A stretch of DNA of 64,000 nt from Actinomycetota bacterium (lineage in GTDB: Bacteria > Actinomycetota > AC-67): assembly GCA_046712825.1 (NCBI GenBank), contig JBKKCR010000084.1, forward strand, positions 2,492 to 66,491, written 5' to 3'. How positions within the stretch are numbered: position 1 is the stretch's first letter; the number at the start of each line of letters is the position of its first letter. A program made the translations under genes and the position numbers. The notes under the pieces are model-generated. The model ran no database searches and was not told the DNA's origin. It saw only the letters and a list, made by a program, of their open reading frames with translations. Below, piece by piece: positions 17,537-26,261 of this stretch.

Positions 17537-18429
17537 GCGAGCACCACGCACGAGATAGACGGCAAGCCCGCGGCGATCTCCTTCCACGATCGTCCCGCGT
17601 CTTCGGAGACGAAGACGATGCCGTCGCTCGTTCCGAGCGCCGCGCTCGTAGCGTCGGCATCGAGGCAGTACGTGTCCACGTTGTCGGCGAACCATTGGGG
17701 GAGGCCCTCCGTGCAGCGCTCGAACGTTTCGCCTTCAAGGTCTCGGCGGTACAAGGCGGACTTCCGGCCCGTGTGGCTCGTGGAAGCGGATAGCAGGATC
17801 ACGTCGCCGGCTAGCCCGACCGCGCGACAGTACGCCGCGTGGAGCCCCTCTTCGGTGAACTCCCAGGAAGCCCCGCCGTCCCGAGTGACGGCCATCCCGA
17901 TCGCCGTCGCCGCGAAGGCGAGGCCGGGCACGGTGGGGTGGGCGAGCACCTGGTGGACGTCGGCGTCCACGTCCATCGTCGTCGCGTGCCAGCCGGCCTC
18001 GCCGTCCTCGGAGGCGAGGATCCCGCCGACGTGGACGTTCGCGTAGACGCGACCGCCGGCGTCGCGGGTCAGAGAGCGGGTGTCGGGTGGGCCGCCCCAC
18101 GGCGTGTACCAGTCGTCACGTGTTGAAACGCGGTCGAAAGAGCGCACGCGTGTCGCCGAGCTACCGACAACCTTCACGAGATGCGCTTCGGACGTGCCGA
18201 TCAAGGCGCCGCCGTCGGAGGCGACGAGGCATCTCGCGCTCAGCCCTCGGATGTCCGCGGCCTCGCTCCACGTTAGGGCGTCCGGCGAGGAGAAGATGCG
18301 ATACTCGTCGACGACGGACCACCATATGCCCTCGGTGTGCGCGATCGCGCCGATCGAGCCGAGGAGCAGCGTCTCCCCGGACCCCACGTCGAGAAGCCCC
18401 TTTTCGGTCCCCGCCAAGACGCGCGTCAT
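17533..18429 (-). CDS. beta-propeller (BNR/Asp-box or Ycf48-like) repeat protein
   Basis: Repeated S/T-x-D-G-G-x-W and GG-W motifs (TRDGGASWEF, SEDAGRSWKEI, SEDGEAGWHA). Overlaps the upstream macro-domain gene by 4 bp. Confidence 0.55.
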   Translation of the reverse strand: MTRVLAGTEKGLLDVGSGETLLLGSIGAIAHTEGIWWSVVDEYRIFSSPDALTWSEAADIRGLSARCLVASDGGALIGTSEAHLVKVVGSSATRVRSFDRVSTRDDWYTPWGGPPDTRSLTRDAGGRVYANVHVGGILASEDGEAGWHATTMDVDADVHQVLAHPTVPGLAFAATAIGMAVTRDGGASWEFTEEGLHAAYCRAVGLAGDVILLSASTSHTGRKSALYRRDLEGETFERCTEGLPQWFADNVDTYCLDADATSAALGTSDGIVFVSEDAGRSWKEIAAGLPSISCVVLA

Positions 18430-18944
18430 AGCGCTTCCTTCAACGCGCGATCGAACGCCTCCAGGGCGGCGTCGTCGAACAGCACGAACCGCACCGCCTC
18501 AACGCCGGTTGCTGCGGTGGCGACCGCGCGGATCGCCACCCGCGCCGCGAGATCGAGCGGGTAGCCGTACACACCGGTCGAGATGGCCGGGAACGCCACG
18601 CTCTTCGCGCCGAGCTCGTCGGCGATCCGCAGCGACTCCGTGTGGCACGACGCCAGGATGGCCGAGCGGTCCTCGTTCTTGGAGTACACGGGCCCGACCG
18701 TGTGGATCACCCAACGCGCCGCGAGCTTGCCCCCGGTCGTGGCGACAGCCCGTCCGGGGGGAAGACCTTGCTGGTGCGTTGTCGCACGGATGTGCCGGCA
18801 CTCCTCGATGATCTCCGGGCCGCCCTTGCGATGGATCGCTCCGTCGACGCCGCCGCCGCCCATCAACGATGAGTTCGCTGCGTTGACGATCGCGTCGACG
18901 CTCTCGGCGGTGATATCGCCCTTCGCCAGCGTGATCGTGGGCAT
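18426..18944 (-). CDS. Macro domain protein (O-acetyl-ADP-ribose deacetylase / ADP-ribose binding, YmdB-like)
   Basis: ITLAKGDITAESVDAIVNAANSSLMGGGGVDGAIHRKGG and VAFPAISTGVYGYP are canonical macro-domain motifs. Confidence 0.85.
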   Translation of the reverse strand: MPTITLAKGDITAESVDAIVNAANSSLMGGGGVDGAIHRKGGPEIIEECRHIRATTHQQGLPPGRAVATTGGKLAARWVIHTVGPVYSKNEDRSAILASCHTESLRIADELGAKSVAFPAISTGVYGYPLDLAARVAIRAVATAATGVEAVRFVLFDDAALEAFDRALKEAL

Positions 18945-18953
18945 GATCGGATA

Positions 18954-20360
18954 TTAGCCCGGCGGTGTCTCCTCGGGCGGGGCGAGCGGGGCGATGCGGC
19001 ACTCGCTCTCGCGCAGGTGAGCGGGGTCGTCGAAGGCGAACAGGCACGCGGAAACGAGCTCGCCGGTGCTCGGATCGAACTCGAGCAGCCCGAACCCGTA
19101 CGGCGCGCTCTTCGGTGTCTTGATCCCGTTGGCGCCACTGGTTCCGGGCGAGATCTCGAGCACGCCTCCGTCGATGGCGAGCAGCGGCTTGTGGTCGTGA
19201 CCTCGCACGAAAACCATGGGACGTCCCGCATCGCGCGCCGCGTCGGCCGCGCATTCTCCGAGTCGGCGGTCGTGGACGACGACGATCAGGGCGTCGGTGG
19301 CGAGGAATCGCTGCGCGAGCTGCTCGCAGCGAGCGGGGATCTCCACATCGGCCAGGTCGTTCCGTGGATCCGAGGCGATGCCGTAGGCGTTCGGATCGGT
19401 CTCTCCGAGCACCGCGATCCCTTCGGCTTCCACGAGGTCCGTTCGGCCCGATTCCAGCAGCGTCACGCCCGACATCGTCCCGACGAGATCCAAGGTCGCG
19501 CGATCCTCATGGTTGCCGCCGACGACGATCTGCCGCGGCGTCACCGCGCCGAAGCGCGCGAAAAGCTCCGCCTCAGTCTGCGTTCCACGGTCGGTGAAGT
19601 CGCCGGCGTTGATCGTCACGCTCGCGCCGAAGCGCTGCGCCAGCTCCTGCGCGATCAGGAAACCGATCGGGTTGTTGTGGACGTCCGACACGACGAGGAC
19701 CTTCGTCGTCGGCCCTGAGGGGGCTGCCGGTCGAGACGTGATCTGGGAGTGAAGGCGCAGCAGGCCTTCGGCGACCTTGTTGATGTTCCGCCGCGCGCCG
19801 GCGAGGTCGCGGCTTACCTCACCGAGTACTTCGAGCACGCGCGGCGCGTCCTCGATCGGCCCGCGGTAGTGAGGTTCCTCCAGCGCGTTGGAATCGAAGG
19901 TGAGGATGGTGGCGCCGACGACGAGCGATCCGGCCGCGAGAAAGGTGAACGCGCCGACCCCACCGGCGATCGCCGTCCGCCTGCGCCCCATCGCGTCGGC
20001 GACGAGGAGGCCGCCGAGCGCCCCGGCGAGCGCGAGCCACACCAGCTTGCGGATGAGGAACGCGAGCCGAAGATCCCGGAGCTCCGCCAGGTCGGGCAGG
20101 CCTCGTGGCCGTTCGCCGATCACGAACGAGGCGTGAACGTCGAGCGGGGCCGTGTGGGTGTTCCACGACAGCTGGCCGAACGGCCCGAGGTCGAGTGCGA
20201 CGGTACCGCCCGGGATGTTCGGGGTGACCCGCACGACGATCTCGCCTGAGGAGAAGGGGAAGGACACGGGCGCGAAAATCCGCCCCGCGCAGAGCGCGAA
20301 GCCGACCAGAAGGACCGCACGCCGCACGGGCGGGCGCGTCAACCACCCAGGGAAACGCAT
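18954..20360 (-). CDS. membrane-anchored calcineurin-like metallophosphoesterase
   Basis: N-terminal TM helices, then the metallophosphoesterase motifs VLVVSDVHNN, NAGDFTDRG, GGNHED and RGHDH. Confidence 0.75.
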   Translation of the reverse strand: MRFPGWLTRPPVRRAVLLVGFALCAGRIFAPVSFPFSSGEIVVRVTPNIPGGTVALDLGPFGQLSWNTHTAPLDVHASFVIGERPRGLPDLAELRDLRLAFLIRKLVWLALAGALGGLLVADAMGRRRTAIAGGVGAFTFLAAGSLVVGATILTFDSNALEEPHYRGPIEDAPRVLEVLGEVSRDLAGARRNINKVAEGLLRLHSQITSRPAAPSGPTTKVLVVSDVHNNPIGFLIAQELAQRFGASVTINAGDFTDRGTQTEAELFARFGAVTPRQIVVGGNHEDRATLDLVGTMSGVTLLESGRTDLVEAEGIAVLGETDPNAYGIASDPRNDLADVEIPARCEQLAQRFLATDALIVVVHDRRLGECAADAARDAGRPMVFVRGHDHKPLLAIDGGVLEISPGTSGANGIKTPKSAPYGFGLLEFDPSTGELVSACLFAFDDPAHLRESECRIAPLAPPEETPPG

Positions 20361-20495
20361 CGCTTGAGGCTACTAAGGAGAACCGTTGTGGGCCCGCACA
20401 TACGGGGTGAACTGCGGATATGGCGGACGGAACTGGGGTGCATGGGTCTGCGTCAGCAGGGTAAGGTACGGCAACGGTTGGACGGGGAGGGCCAG

Positions 20496-20891
20496 ATGTT
20501 GCTGCGGGAGATCATGACGACCGACGTCCTGGACGTCGAGCCTGCCACGACGCTCCAAGCGGCGGCGCAGGCGATGAAGGAGCGGAAGGCTTCCTCGGTG
20601 GTCATCACGGAGGACGGCTACCTGATCGGCATCCTCACCGAGCGCGACATCGTCAAGGCCGTGGCCGAGGGCATCGACACCGAGGTCACTCACATCCGCG
20701 ACTACATGACCCCGGCTCCGACCGCCGTCACCCCCGACATCAGCGTCGAAGAGGCTGCTCAGGTGATGCTCGAGCACGGGTTCCGACACTTGCCGGTGGT
20801 GGATGGCGAGCGGGAGCTCAAGGGGATCGTCTCGATACGGGACATCGCCCGCGCCGGCATCAAGCTCCCCGCCGAAGCCGTCGTCAAGTAG
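20496..20891 (+). CDS. CBS-domain pair protein
   Basis: Two CBS motifs (IMTTDVLDV..., YMTPAPTAVTPDISVEEAAQVMLEHGFRHLPVV). Start at the ATG with upstream ggggagg. The longer six-frame N-terminus is discarded. Confidence 0.8.
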   Translation: MLLREIMTTDVLDVEPATTLQAAAQAMKERKASSVVITEDGYLIGILTERDIVKAVAEGIDTEVTHIRDYMTPAPTAVTPDISVEEAAQVMLEHGFRHLPVVDGERELKGIVSIRDIARAGIKLPAEAVVK

Positions 20892-20931
20892 CGGCTCGGG
20901 ACCCGGCGCCCCGCGGGCCCGAACCCCTTCC

Positions 20932-21531
20932 ATGACGCGCACGGGTGGCGAGGAGCGGCGTCGCCAGCTCATCCACCACGCGGTCGCGCTGTTCGGTGGC
21001 CGGGGGTACGAAGGCACCAGCCTCGACGCGGTCGCCGAAGCATCCGGCGTGCGTAAGCAAACGCTCCTGTACTACTTCCCGGGGAAGGACGAGCTGTTCG
21101 ACGCCTGCATCGGCGAGCTCGCGACCCGGCTGTCGTCGGCGCTCGAACGGGCCCTGGAAGGGGAGGACGAGCGGGAGCGCCCCGAGCGGGTGATCTCGGC
21201 CATCTTCCGTCTGGCGGAGGAGTGGCCGGAGTTCCCGCCGTTCGCGCGCGAGGCATCCCGGCGCGGCCCCGAGGTGATCCAACGGGTAACCGGAGTTCTC
21301 GAGCCCCTGCGGAAGCGGGCCCTCGTTCATCTCGAGCGCGGCATGGACGACGGCACGTTCCGCCGCCAAGACCCGACGTTGCTGCTGTTCACCCTCTACA
21401 CGGCCGTCGTGGGATCGCTGACCGAGGCGGGTGTCTTGCGGGCGTTGGGCGGTGGGCAGCAGAGCCGAAGCGCGCTGAAGCGCCGCGAGGAAGAGCTCGT
21501 GGAGTTCGTGCGACGGGCGCTCGAGCCGTGA
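20932..21531 (+). CDS. TetR family transcriptional regulator
   Basis: HTH: RRRQLIHHAVALFGGRGYEGTSLDAVAEASGVRKQTLLYYFPGKDELF. Confidence 0.8.
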   Translation: MTRTGGEERRRQLIHHAVALFGGRGYEGTSLDAVAEASGVRKQTLLYYFPGKDELFDACIGELATRLSSALERALEGEDERERPERVISAIFRLAEEWPEFPPFAREASRRGPEVIQRVTGVLEPLRKRALVHLERGMDDGTFRRQDPTLLLFTLYTAVVGSLTEAGVLRALGGGQQSRSALKRREEELVEFVRRALEP

Positions 21532-21911
21532 AAGCCGCGGAGCGCCGAACGATCTCCCCGCTAAACCTCCTGATCGGGGACGCTATCGCGATCGCGATGT
21601 TCGCGGTTATCGGGCTAGCGCGCCATGAGGAAGGCATCACCGTCGGAGGGGTCGCACGCAACGCACTGCCGATCCTGGCCGCTTGGTTCGTCGTCGCGGC
21701 GTTCGTGGGGACGTATTCGCAGCCGGGCCTCCGCACGATGCTCATCACCTGGGCGATCGCCGTCCCGGCCGGCGTCGCGATCAGAGCGATCGTGCTGAGC
21801 CGGCCGGCCGACGGATCTCAGGTCGTGTTCGGGATCGTGACGATGACGGTCACGGTGGTATTGCTGCTCGGCTGGCGCGCGATCGCGGCGATGGTTTCGA
21901 GCAGGCGCTAA
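21528..21911 (+). CDS. small 4-TM membrane protein (DUF3054-like)
   Basis: GTG start overlaps the TetR stop (GTGA). The hydrophobic helices begin at LLIGDAIAIAMFAVIGL. The DUF assignment is from memory of family character only. Confidence 0.55.
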   Translation: MKAAERRTISPLNLLIGDAIAIAMFAVIGLARHEEGITVGGVARNALPILAAWFVVAAFVGTYSQPGLRTMLITWAIAVPAGVAIRAIVLSRPADGSQVVFGIVTMTVTVVLLLGWRAIAAMVSSRR

Positions 21912-21918
21912 GCGCTCC

Positions 21919-22344
21919 TCAGCCGCGATCGAGCTCCAGCGACGCGCTGTTGATGCACCAGCGCTGACCGCCGGCTTCGCGGGGCCCGTCATCGAAGAGG
22001 TGACCGAGGTGGGAGCCGCAGCGGGCGCATCGCACCTCCGTTCGGACCATCCCGTGGCTCCGGTCCTCGTGCAGGATCACCGCCTCGGGTGAGACCGCCT
22101 CGGTGAAGCTCGGCCATCCGGAACCCGAGTGGTACTTGACGTCGCTCTTGAAAAGGACGTTGCCGCATGCCGTGCACCGATACGTCCCGTCGTCCTCGGT
22201 GTCGACGTACTCGCCGGTGAACGCTCGCTCGGTGCCGGCCCCCCGCAGGATGCGGTACTGCTCCGGCGTGAGCCGTGCCCGCCACTCCTCTTCGGTGGTG
22301 GGCAGACGATCGCTCTCTCTGGCCACGACCCCTCCTCCCGTCAT
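21919..22344 (-). CDS. msrB: peptide-methionine (R)-S-oxide reductase MsrB (zinc-binding type)
   Basis: Two CxxC pairs (CTACGN, CARCGS) and the catalytic RCxxCGxHLGHVF-type motif ([17 protein letters not shown]). Confidence 0.85.
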   Translation of the reverse strand: MTGGGVVARESDRLPTTEEEWRARLTPEQYRILRGAGTERAFTGEYVDTEDDGTYRCTACGNVLFKSDVKYHSGSGWPSFTEAVSPEAVILHEDRSHGMVRTEVRCARCGSHLGHLFDDGPREAGGQRWCINSASLELDRG

Positions 22345-22375
22345 CGAACACTCTAGTTCCGGTGTGGGCGGTAGC

Positions 22376-22401
22376 GTATTGACAATCATTCTCATTATCT
22401 C
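22376..22401. promoter_or_regulatory. AT-rich Zur-box-like operator in the msrB/znuA divergent promoter
   Basis: tatTGACAATCATTCTCAttatc is a 21-bp AT-rich island in a 70 percent GC genome. It matches the actinobacterial Zur consensus TGAAAATCATTTTCA at 13 of 15 positions. A Fur-family (Zur) gene ends the downstream operon. Confidence 0.5.
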
Positions 22402-22414
22402 TTACGGTCCCGGC

Positions 22415-23323
22415 ATGGCTTGGACCGGTTGGAGGCCCGGCGTCGTCGCGGTGGCGCTCGCGATGGCTTCGGCTGGCTGCGGGGGCAGCGGAGCGCCGCC
22501 GGGGCCCGGCCTGGACGTCGTCGCGGCGTTCTACCCGCTGGCCGAGGCGGCGCGTCAGGCCGGCGGGCCATTCGTTCGCGTCCACGACATCACGCCCACC
22601 GGCGTGGAGCCGCACGACCTCGAGCTGAAGCCGAGCGATGTTGGGCTGATCCGCTCGGCCGACCTCATCCTGTACCTCGGCGGTGGGTTCCAGCCGGCTC
22701 TGGAGGACGCGATCGGGGCCATCCCCAACAAGACCACCGCAGTGGACCTGCTCGAAGGATTCCCCCTGACGAAGGACGCCGACGACGATGAGGCTACCGA
22801 TCCTCACGTCTGGCTGGATCCGTTGCTCATGATCCGCATCGTCGAGCGGGTGGCCGAGGAGATGAGCGCGCGGCTCTCGGAAGAGCAGACGGTGTTCGAG
22901 AGCCGCGCCTTCACCCACAAGACCTCGCTCGAGGAGCTGCATCGCAGCTTCCGGGCCACGCTGGCCACGTGCGGGCGGCGGGAGATCGTTACCGCACACG
23001 CATCGTTCGGATACCTCGCGGCTCGGTACGGATTGGAGCAGATCGCCATCTCCGGTTTGTCGCCCGAGGCCGAGCCGTCGCCTCGGCGGCTCGAGGAGGT
23101 CGCCCGGATCGCCAAGCAGCGCGGCGTGAAGACGATCTTCTTCGAGACATTGGTCAGCCCGCGCGTGGCCGAGACGGTTGCTCGCACGGTGGGGGCGCGC
23201 ACCGCGGTGCTCAACCCGATCGAGGGGCTCACCGAGGAGCAGCGGACCGCAGGCGAGGACTACGTGTCGTTGATGCGGGCGAACCTGGCAGAGCTCGCGT
23301 TGGGGCTGCAATGCAAGAGCTGA
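22415..23323 (+). CDS. znuA: zinc/manganese ABC transporter substrate-binding lipoprotein (ZnuA/TroA cluster 9)
   Basis: Lipobox LAMASAGCGG and cluster-9 SBP sequence (HVWLDP, acidic/His loop DADDDEATDPH). The long N-terminal extension of the six-frame ORF is antisense to msrB and is discarded. Confidence 0.85.
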   Translation: MAWTGWRPGVVAVALAMASAGCGGSGAPPGPGLDVVAAFYPLAEAARQAGGPFVRVHDITPTGVEPHDLELKPSDVGLIRSADLILYLGGGFQPALEDAIGAIPNKTTAVDLLEGFPLTKDADDDEATDPHVWLDPLLMIRIVERVAEEMSARLSEEQTVFESRAFTHKTSLEELHRSFRATLATCGRREIVTAHASFGYLAARYGLEQIAISGLSPEAEPSPRRLEEVARIAKQRGVKTIFFETLVSPRVAETVARTVGARTAVLNPIEGLTEEQRTAGEDYVSLMRANLAELALGLQCKS

Positions 23324-24060
23324 GCGACCGCACACCGAAAGACGCCGTGCTCGAGGTTCGTGAGATCGAGTTCGCCTTCGAAAGCGGACGCGTTCTCAAC
23401 GCCGTGAGCCTCGCCGTACGGCCGCGCGACTTCCTCGTGCTGCTCGGGCCCAACGGCAGCGGCAAGAGCACGTTGGTCAAGGTCGCGCTCGGCCTGCTCG
23501 AGCCCGCCGCCGGAACGGCGGCCTTATTCGGGCTTCCCGCCCGGGATCCGCGCGCGCGAGAGAACGTCGGTTACGTGCCGCAGCGCGCCGCGATCTCTTC
23601 GCGGGTGCCGGCGACGGTCGCCGAGGTGGTCCTCACCGGGCGTGTGCACGGCTCCCCGTTCGGCGTGTTCCGGCGCGCGGACCGGGAGGCCGCCGCGAAG
23701 GCGCTCGACCGCGTCGGACTCGCGCACCTGGCCGGTCGCCGGATCGGCGAGCTGTCCGGCGGTGAGCAGCAGCGCGTTCTCATCGCGCGCGCTCTGGTGT
23801 CCGACCCGAGGCTGCTCGTGCTCGACGAGCCCACGGCCGGTGTCGACAAGGAGTCGCAGTCGCGATTCGCCCAGGTCTTGCGGGACCTGAATGCCTCGGG
23901 CGTCACGATCGTGATGGTGGCCCACGACGTCGGCGCCGTCGGACCCCACCTCACGCGCGTCGTCGCCCTCCATCAGGGGCATCTCGACGAGATCCCGCTC
24001 GAGGAAGCGCGCGAGCAGATCGGGATGTTCGTCGAGGACCACCCGTCGGGTGGCCACTGA
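23311..24060 (+). CDS. znuC: zinc ABC transporter ATP-binding protein
   Basis: Walker A GPNGSGKST, signature LSGGEQQR, Walker B LLVLDEPT. Confidence 0.85.
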   Translation: MQELSDRTPKDAVLEVREIEFAFESGRVLNAVSLAVRPRDFLVLLGPNGSGKSTLVKVALGLLEPAAGTAALFGLPARDPRARENVGYVPQRAAISSRVPATVAEVVLTGRVHGSPFGVFRRADREAAAKALDRVGLAHLAGRRIGELSGGEQQRVLIARALVSDPRLLVLDEPTAGVDKESQSRFAQVLRDLNASGVTIVMVAHDVGAVGPHLTRVVALHQGHLDEIPLEEAREQIGMFVEDHPSGGH

Positions 24061-24881
24061 TGGGCTTCTTCGAGCTGTTCTGGATGTCGGTCGTGGCCGG
24101 CGCGGCCGTCGGGGCGGCGGCGCCGTCGATCGGGACGTTCGTCGTGCAGAAGCGGCTCTCACTGATCGGCGACGGCATCGGGCACGTCGCGTTCGCCGGC
24201 GTTGCGTTCGCGCTCTGGCTCGACGTGTCGCCGCTCGCCGCGGCGCTCACGTTCGCCGTGCTGGGAGCGATCGGGATCGACGTGATGCGTCGCCGCAGTC
24301 CGGAGGAGGCCGACATGGGCCTCGCGCTGTTCTTCTACGGCTCGATCGCGTTGGGCGCGGTCGTGCTGCAGCTCGGCGGGTCGTTCAACGCGGGGCTTCT
24401 CGGGATCCTGTTCGGTCAGGTGCTGAGCGTCACCGCCGGCGAGCTCGTCACGATCGTGGTGCTCGCCGTGTTCATCCTCGGCGTCGTCGCTTTGAGCTAC
24501 CGCGGCTTGGTCACCGTCGCGATCGATGAGGAGGCGGCGGTCGTTCGCGGGCTGCCGGTCGGCGCGCTCAACGCCGGGCTCATGATGCTCACGGCGTTGA
24601 CGATCGGGGTCGGGATGCGTGTCGTGGGCATCCTGCTCATCGCGGCCATGATGGTCCTGCCGGTGGGCATCGCGCGCAACGTCGTTCGGAGCTTCAAGGC
24701 GACGCTGGTGACCGCGTCGCTGGTTGGGGCTGCGTGCGCGGTTGCGGGGATCGCGGCCTCGTACGCCTTGGACACGGTGCCCAGCGGCACCATCGTCCTC
24801 GTCGCGGTCGCCGCGTACCTGATCTCGGACGCGGTGCGGCTCGCGCGGCGTTCGCTCGCGCGGGGGAGGGTCGCTGCGTGA
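24060..24881 (+). CDS. znuB: zinc ABC transporter permease (ABC-3 family)
   Basis: 8-9 TM helices typical of the ZnuB/TroCD family. Overlaps the znuC stop by 1 bp (TGATG). Confidence 0.85.
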   Translation: MGFFELFWMSVVAGAAVGAAAPSIGTFVVQKRLSLIGDGIGHVAFAGVAFALWLDVSPLAAALTFAVLGAIGIDVMRRRSPEEADMGLALFFYGSIALGAVVLQLGGSFNAGLLGILFGQVLSVTAGELVTIVVLAVFILGVVALSYRGLVTVAIDEEAAVVRGLPVGALNAGLMMLTALTIGVGMRVVGILLIAAMMVLPVGIARNVVRSFKATLVTASLVGAACAVAGIAASYALDTVPSGTIVLVAVAAYLISDAVRLARRSLARGRVAA

Positions 24882-25300
24882 GGCGCGAGACGAAGCAGCG
24901 GAGCGAAGTGCTGGCGTCGCTCGCCGGTGGTGAGGCGCTGTCGGCGCAGGAGTTGCACGATCGGTTGCGCCACGCGGGGAGCCGGACGGGTCTGGCGACC
25001 GTCTACCGGACGCTGCGTATGCTCGTCGAGGACGGCGTCGTCGACGTCTTGCGCGAGGACCCGGTCCAGCTCCGGTACCGCGTCTGCTCTGTCGAGCACC
25101 ATCACCATCTCGTGTGTGAGTCCTGCGGCCGGGTCGAGGAGATCCCCGAGTGCGACGTGAGCGAGTGGGCGGTCCGCGTCGCCCGGCCGCGCGGGTTCCG
25201 TGTCCGAACACATCGCGCCGAGATCCTCGGCGTGTGCGGGACGTGCGCAGGCGACGTTAGAAAACCTCGGAGCCGTCGTCCGCGGACCGCTCCGGCCTGA
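24878..25300 (+). CDS. zur: Fur-family metalloregulator, probable zinc uptake regulator Zur
   Basis: GTG start overlaps the znuB stop (GTGA). Metal site HHHHLVCESCG...CGTC. Operon context is znuACB. Confidence 0.8.
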   Translation: MRRETKQRSEVLASLAGGEALSAQELHDRLRHAGSRTGLATVYRTLRMLVEDGVVDVLREDPVQLRYRVCSVEHHHHLVCESCGRVEEIPECDVSEWAVRVARPRGFRVRTHRAEILGVCGTCAGDVRKPRSRRPRTAPA

Positions 25301-25568
25301 GCACGACGACGCCGGCCGGCGTCTGGACGCCGAGGACCAGACATTCCGACACGACGCCGGCGATCCGCTTCGGCGGAAGATCCACGAGCGCGACGACCTG
25401 CGACCCGACCAGGTCGGCTGGGGAATAGAGGTCGGTGATCTGGGCGCTCGAGCGCTTGCGCCCCGCGGCACCGAAATCGATCTCGAGCACGTAGGCAGGC
25501 TTGCGGGCCCCCGCGAGCGGTTCCGCCGACACGATGGTGCCGACCAGGGCCTTTCCGCTCAGCTCCAT
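25257..25568 (-). CDS. tRNA-binding (Myf/EMAP-type OB fold) domain protein, CsaA-like
   Basis: GKALVGTIVSAEPLAGARKPAYVLEIDFGAAG...SSAQITDLYSPADLVGSQVVALVDLPPKRIAGVVSE matches the CsaA tRNA-binding fold. Its 3' end overlaps the zur 3' end by 44 bp (convergent). Confidence 0.7.
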   Translation of the reverse strand: MELSGKALVGTIVSAEPLAGARKPAYVLEIDFGAAGRKRSSAQITDLYSPADLVGSQVVALVDLPPKRIAGVVSECLVLGVQTPAGVVVLRPERSADDGSEVF

Positions 25569-25610
25569 GCCGGCGCCATCATCGGCGGCGGAACCCCTTG
25601 ACGGCAAGGA

Positions 25611-26261
25611 ATGAACCGTTGTTCAATCCTTGCGATGCCGTACCGGCGGACGGAGTTGATGGAGGAGCGGCTCGCGGAGACGCGCGAGCGGATCGTGCGG
25701 GCCGCGCTCGGCCTTATCGCGCGCGGCGGCTATCGCGAGGTGTCGGTCGCGGCCGTGGCCGACGAGGCCGGTGTCGCGACGGGAAGCGTCTACCGGCACT
25801 TCTCTTCGAAGGCCGACCTCTTCGCCGAGGTGTTTCGTCGCGCGTCCGGGCGCGAGCTGGCGGTGGTGCGCGCGGTCGCCGCGCGCACGGACGCGCGACC
25901 CACAGAGCGCCTGGTAGCGGCGCTGGAGACCTTCGCCCGCCGGGCCCTCAGCGGCCGGCGGCTCGCGTACGCACTGATCGCCGAGCCCGCCGACCCGGCG
26001 GTCGACGAGGAGCGGCTCCGGTTCCGCCGCGCGTACCGCGATGTGTTCGCGAGGCTGCTGCGCGAAGCGATCGCGGCCGGCGAGCTTCCGGAACAAGACG
26101 TCCAGGTCGTCGCATCAGCTTTGGTGGGTGCGATGGGGGAGGCCCTCGTCGGGCCGTTGTCGCCGTCGGCGCGAGCCCGGAACCCCGGACGGCTCATCGA
26201 GGCGATCGTTCGGTTCTGCACCCGTGCCATCTCTCGGGAGGTCTCGTATGCCAACGCATGA
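25611..26261 (+). CDS. TetR family transcriptional regulator
   Basis: HTH: TRERIVRAALGLIARGGYREVSVAAVADEAGVATGSVYRHFSSKADLF. Confidence 0.8.
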   Translation: MNRCSILAMPYRRTELMEERLAETRERIVRAALGLIARGGYREVSVAAVADEAGVATGSVYRHFSSKADLFAEVFRRASGRELAVVRAVAARTDARPTERLVAALETFARRALSGRRLAYALIAEPADPAVDEERLRFRRAYRDVFARLLREAIAAGELPEQDVQVVASALVGAMGEALVGPLSPSARARNPGRLIEAIVRFCTRAISREVSYANA

